Positions 60,264 to 64,000 of a stretch of 64,000 nt of DNA are shown here, one piece after another. The stretch lies in contig JAYKHS010000014.1 in NCBI GenBank assembly GCA_035285865.1, positions 96,001-160,000 on the forward strand, given 5' to 3'. The DNA comes from Candidatus Sericytochromatia bacterium (GTDB lineage: Bacteria; Cyanobacteriota; Sericytochromatia; S15B-MN24; VGJW01). The translations under genes and the position numbers were made by a program. The notes under the pieces are model-generated. The model saw nothing but the letters and a program-made list of their open reading frames with translations. It made no database searches and was not told the origin of the DNA. Numbering within the stretch: position 1 is the first letter of the stretch; each line of letters opens with the position of its first letter.

Positions 60264-60488
60264 GGCGCGATCCTCCGAAGTTCCGGGCGGGGGCGGCTCC
60301 CCGGTGATCCGGAAATTCCCCCCTCGGCACTTCCTTAACCGTGCACGGCCAGACCTTGGCGGTGTCCGGGGCGGCTGGCTGACTTTATCGATAACACCGG
60401 AATAGGCGTGTTCTTGGCCTCGGCCTTACAGTCACGATGCTTGAGGGGCCCCGCTATTCGCCCCCCTGCCAGATGAAAGGACCTTCCG

Positions 60489-61718
60489 ATGACCCTTCCC
60501 GTGATCACCCTCCGTCCGCTCCGTCATGCCGCTTGCTCGGACGCTCCCGTCGTGCTCGACGTGCTGGCGAGGTTCGCCGTGCCTTCCGTGGCGCTACGAC
60601 AACCGCGACCACCGCTGAACCTCGCCATGGTCCTCGATCGCTCGGGGTCCATGCACGGCCTCAAGATCGATTACGCACGCGAAGCGGCGCGTTGCCTCGT
60701 TCGCCAGCTGGGGCCCGAGGATCGCCTCAGCCTGACGGTCTTCGACGATGAGGTCGACGTTCTGATGCCCAGCACGCCGGTGCGTGACCCGGCTCCGGTC
60801 TTTGAGGCCATCGCCGGGATTCGGGCGGGCGGTTCGACCGATCTGTCCGGCGGCTGGCGAAGTGGCCACGACGAGGTCGCCGGCCAGGTACGCGAGGGGA
60901 CGCTCACACGCATCCTCCTGGTCTCGGATGGGCTCGCGAACAGGGGCGAGCGGGGTGTCGGCACGCTTGGCGCGTGGGCGGCCGAGGCCGCTGCCCGAGG
61001 TGTCGGAACCACGACGCTTGGCGTCGGCGACCACTATCACGAACACCTGTTGGAGACGATGGCGCGCGAGGGCGATGGCAACTATCACTTCATCGAGGAC
61101 CCGCGCAGCCTGCCGGACATCTTCGAAGCCGAACTTTCCGGCCTCGCCACGCTCGTCGGGGAGCGGGCCAGCCTCGGCCTGATGCCCCTCTCGGGTGCCT
61201 CGGTCCTCGAGGTCCTGAATGATCTCGACCGAACGTCCCGAGGCGGTTACAAGCTGCCCAACCTGCGATCGGGCAACACGATCGAGGTCGTCATCCGACT
61301 TGCCTTGCCGGCTTGCCCGAGCAAGACCGAGGTCCTGAGCGTCCGACTCGGATGGGATGCGCCGGGTCTTGGCGAACGCCAGAAGGTCGTGGCCAGGCTG
61401 GAGCTACCCGTCGTTTCCCGCGAAGAGTGGGAGCGATTGCCCGAGGATCCCGATGTGGTGCGCCACGTGGCTCTGCTCGAGGCCTCGCGGTCCAAGCGAC
61501 GGGTGATGGACCACATCGACCGCGGCGACCGTCAGTCCGTGGCACGGGAGCTTGACCGTGCCCGTCGCCTGGTCATGGCGGCGCCGGGCAGCGCCGAGAC
61601 GGAGCGTGAACTGCTGGGGTTGCAGCAGTTGGATCGCGACTACGCGTCGGGCGATGATCGAAAGCTGCGCAAGCGCGCAGGCTACCAGGCCTACAGCCGC
61701 GAACGCAGCCGGGACTGA
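60489..61718 (+). CDS. vWA domain protein (YfbK-like)
   Basis: PLNLAMVLDRSGSM MIDAS, GGSTDL, LLVSDGLAN, TTLGVG, GDGNYHFI. Confidence 0.9.
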   Translation: MTLPVITLRPLRHAACSDAPVVLDVLARFAVPSVALRQPRPPLNLAMVLDRSGSMHGLKIDYAREAARCLVRQLGPEDRLSLTVFDDEVDVLMPSTPVRDPAPVFEAIAGIRAGGSTDLSGGWRSGHDEVAGQVREGTLTRILLVSDGLANRGERGVGTLGAWAAEAAARGVGTTTLGVGDHYHEHLLETMAREGDGNYHFIEDPRSLPDIFEAELSGLATLVGERASLGLMPLSGASVLEVLNDLDRTSRGGYKLPNLRSGNTIEVVIRLALPACPSKTEVLSVRLGWDAPGLGERQKVVARLELPVVSREEWERLPEDPDVVRHVALLEASRSKRRVMDHIDRGDRQSVARELDRARRLVMAAPGSAETERELLGLQQLDRDYASGDDRKLRKRAGYQAYSRERSRD

Positions 61719-61739
61719 GCCTGCGGTTGGGGGCGGGCG

Positions 61740-63572
61740 TCAGCCGAGAACGGCGACGTCCGCCCGTGCCTGGGCCAGCCGCGTCGTCGCGTCGGTCAGC
61801 CGGTCCAGCAGGCCTTGCCGAAGCCTGGCGCGGGTCTCTTCGATGCCGACCAGCTCTTCGCGCCCCCTGCGCAGGGCCTCCTCCAGATCCTGACGCCGTC
61901 GCTCGGCGATACGCCGCAGCTGCTCGCGGTCTTCGCCGGTCGCCAGTCGGACCGGATCGATCTCGAGGCCGCGCTCCAGGCTTGCTCTCCAGTCCAGAAG
62001 GGCCTTCACCAAAGCACCGCCCAGTGTCGGGACCTTGCCGAGCGCCTCGCGTGTCACGTCTGCGGCCGTCGTCATGCCGGCGGCCGCCACCGCTTCGCGC
62101 TTCGCAGGACTGAACCACGCGACTTCGGCATCCTCGATGGCATGCCGACGGAGCAGGCGGTCCATCTCGCGCAAGCGGACGCGCTCGAGCATCTGCATCT
62201 CTTCCTGGCCTTCCTGCCTTGCGAGGTCCAGATAGCTTGCCTTCAGCCCCGCGAGACGTCCCTTGCAGGTCTGGAAGGCCTGCAGCGAGAGCGCCTGCTC
62301 GACGTCCCGCCACGCCTGCTGCAGCGCTTCTTCGGCATCGAACAGGGCCTCACGCCTCCTCCGGGCTTCCGTACGCACGCCCCGCAGCCGACCCAGCACG
62401 CCTCCCTTCGGCTCGGGCAGAGGTCGGCCGACGATCTGCAGGCGTTCCGGGGCGGGCCGCTCGGGCAACGGCACGGGTTGAAGGGCCTCGATCTGCCACC
62501 AGAACCGATGAATCTGGAACGGTTCGATACCGGTGGGGCGCACCCTCGGGGCCTGGGGCAGAAAGTAGGGCAGCCCCTGGGCATCGAAGGCACACCAGGG
62601 ACAGTCAGGCGACTGCAGCGGGTGGGCGTGGTTGCCGTTGCGGGTGCAGGGACGCAACTGCCCGCGCAGTTCATCGAGCGCTTCGACCCACTGGTCGGCA
62701 GAGGGGCGGCCGACATGGGTCCCTTCTTCCGTGAAGGCCTGCAGGAAGAGCTTTTCGATCGCATGCGGCACCAGCGACACGGGGATGGCGCCGGGTGCTG
62801 CCTTCAGGCCGCGCGCGGCGGCGTCCGGCGCATGGGCGTAGCGGTAGGCCTTGATGTCCTCGTCCAGCACCTCGCCCGCCTCCGGCATGAGCGGCACCCC
62901 GGCAAAAGGATGGCGCCCCCCGAACAGCAGGTGGAACAGCAGCAGGGCGAGGCCGAAGTGGTCATGCTCGAAGGTCCGGTCGAGCGCGTCGAAGGCCACG
63001 AGACCCTGCAGTTCCGGAGGCGTGAAGTGGCCCACGCCGACCTTGCACCGATGGGTGAGCCCCGGTTCACGGACCTGGAACGAGTCGCAGTCGATGAGGG
63101 CCACCCGGCTGTCCGCGGCGAAGAGGATGTTGCCCGGGTTGATGTCGCCCACGACATGGCCCCGTCGGTGAACGGCCTCGAAGGCCGCTGCCGTGTTGCG
63201 CGCGGCACAGAGCAGGAAGTCCCAGCCTGCATCGGGAAGCAGACGCTTGCGGCTGCCGGGCGCGTACAGCATATGCAGGGGATGCCGATCGCCCATGCGC
63301 GGCATCACGAAGCCCACGACGGGGCCTTCGGCGACCCGGTGCAGCGTGTGCCGAGGCCACGCGGCGTAGCTGGCCAGCTCCTCGTCGTAGGCCTGGGTCA
63401 TCGTCCGCAGCTTGGCCTGCTTCTCGGCATCCGGAAAGTGGGCCGGGTGGTACAACTTCGCCACCATGTCCGGCATCCCGGGCAGGGCATGCACGGTACC
63501 CTCGCCGCCCCGACCCAGTTCCTGCCCGAGCATCAGCGGTCGGCTGTCCTCGAGCACCAGCCGATCAGACAT
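61740..63572 (-). CDS. YegI-like Ser/Thr kinase with Cys/His cluster and HhH-like C-terminus
   Basis: LGRGGEGTV, VAKLY, AWP, GFVMP, GDINPGN, IDCDSFQ, FTPPELQ, GRHPF, CTRNGNH..DCPWC. Confidence 0.88.
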   Translation of the reverse strand: MSDRLVLEDSRPLMLGQELGRGGEGTVHALPGMPDMVAKLYHPAHFPDAEKQAKLRTMTQAYDEELASYAAWPRHTLHRVAEGPVVGFVMPRMGDRHPLHMLYAPGSRKRLLPDAGWDFLLCAARNTAAAFEAVHRRGHVVGDINPGNILFAADSRVALIDCDSFQVREPGLTHRCKVGVGHFTPPELQGLVAFDALDRTFEHDHFGLALLLFHLLFGGRHPFAGVPLMPEAGEVLDEDIKAYRYAHAPDAAARGLKAAPGAIPVSLVPHAIEKLFLQAFTEEGTHVGRPSADQWVEALDELRGQLRPCTRNGNHAHPLQSPDCPWCAFDAQGLPYFLPQAPRVRPTGIEPFQIHRFWWQIEALQPVPLPERPAPERLQIVGRPLPEPKGGVLGRLRGVRTEARRRREALFDAEEALQQAWRDVEQALSLQAFQTCKGRLAGLKASYLDLARQEGQEEMQMLERVRLREMDRLLRRHAIEDAEVAWFSPAKREAVAAAGMTTAADVTREALGKVPTLGGALVKALLDWRASLERGLEIDPVRLATGEDREQLRRIAERRRQDLEEALRRGREELVGIEETRARLRQGLLDRLTDATTRLAQARADVAVLG

Positions 63573-64000
63573 CCGGGGCGGGACCGACCCAGAGGGCGCA
63601 GACGAGCGTCGTGTCATCGTCTGTGCGTTCGCGGACACCGGGACTCTCGAGGAAGGTCGCCATGGCCTCGCCCAACGAGGCCTCCTGACCCTCGCCCGCG
63701 TGCTGCAGCACATCGAAGAACGGCCGGAAGAACGGAGCGTGTCCGACCTCATCGCCCCAGCGCAGGGCCAGGCGTTGCAGGCCATCCGTGAGCAGGGCCG
63801 CTCGGAGTGCCGGTTCCGGGAACGATCGGACCTCCATGATCGCCATGGCGTCGTCGTCCGTGAGGAAACGCGTGACGTTCGCATACTCGCCGGTCATCGG
63901 CGTGATGGGCACGAAGAGCGTCTCGTCGTGATGGGATGCCACCACCATGGCGCCGTCCCCGATCTGGGCCAGCAGCGTCATCTGTCGGCCGAGCACCGCC
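63565..64000 (-). CDS. YegK-like PP2C-family phosphatase (5' end outside the window)
   Basis: QIGDG, GEYANVTRFLT, LTDGLQ, PFFRPF, ERTDDDTTLV; overlaps the kinase start. Confidence 0.88.
   Translation of the reverse strand, partial: AVLGRQMTLLAQIGDGAMVVASHHDETLFVPITPMTGEYANVTRFLTDDDAMAIMEVRSFPEPALRAALLTDGLQRLALRWGDEVGHAPFFRPFFDVLQHAGEGQEASLGEAMATFLESPGVRERTDDDTTLVCALWVGPAPDV

Overview
High-GC bacterial chromosomal window with about 62 tightly packed CDSs. I found no rRNA, tRNA, CRISPR array or mobile element. Core content: lysine-fermentation enzymes (kce, kdd); a propionyl-CoA/methylmalonyl-CoA route in two loci (carboxyltransferase plus epsilon subunit; carboxylase alpha-mutase-epimerase-sucCD); a GldA/F/G-like ABC system; apt-rel-rdgB; pepQ-efp-accB-accC-nusB-ftsY; heat-shock genes (dnaJ-like, htrA, hsp20); divergent asnS/aspS; trxC-pirin; and the end of a TerY-P-type PP2C/kinase module. 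The long cyanobacterial-style NusB and the efp-accB and nusB-ftsY adjacencies suggest a cyanobacteria-related, probably non-photosynthetic lineage such as Sericytochromatia (inference only). The strongest candidate for an undescribed system is an 8.3-kb run of six predicted lipoproteins plus a TPR protein (29.5-37.8 kb): two Kelch proteins, two NHL-type propellers, an S8 protease and one unknown. Three of these, and a separate lipoprotein at 9.7 kb, share an N-terminal beta-rich domain with an R-x(1-2)-[QM]-A motif, an arrangement reminiscent of protease-matured type V pilins. Other points of interest are HAIR/HspR-like operators before dnaJ and hsp20, a CsoR-family operator before trxC, a GDPH-containing VWD protein, a degenerate NYN protein, an HPD-less membrane J-like protein, and several probably leaderless genes. 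All calls come from reading motifs by eye; no searches were run.
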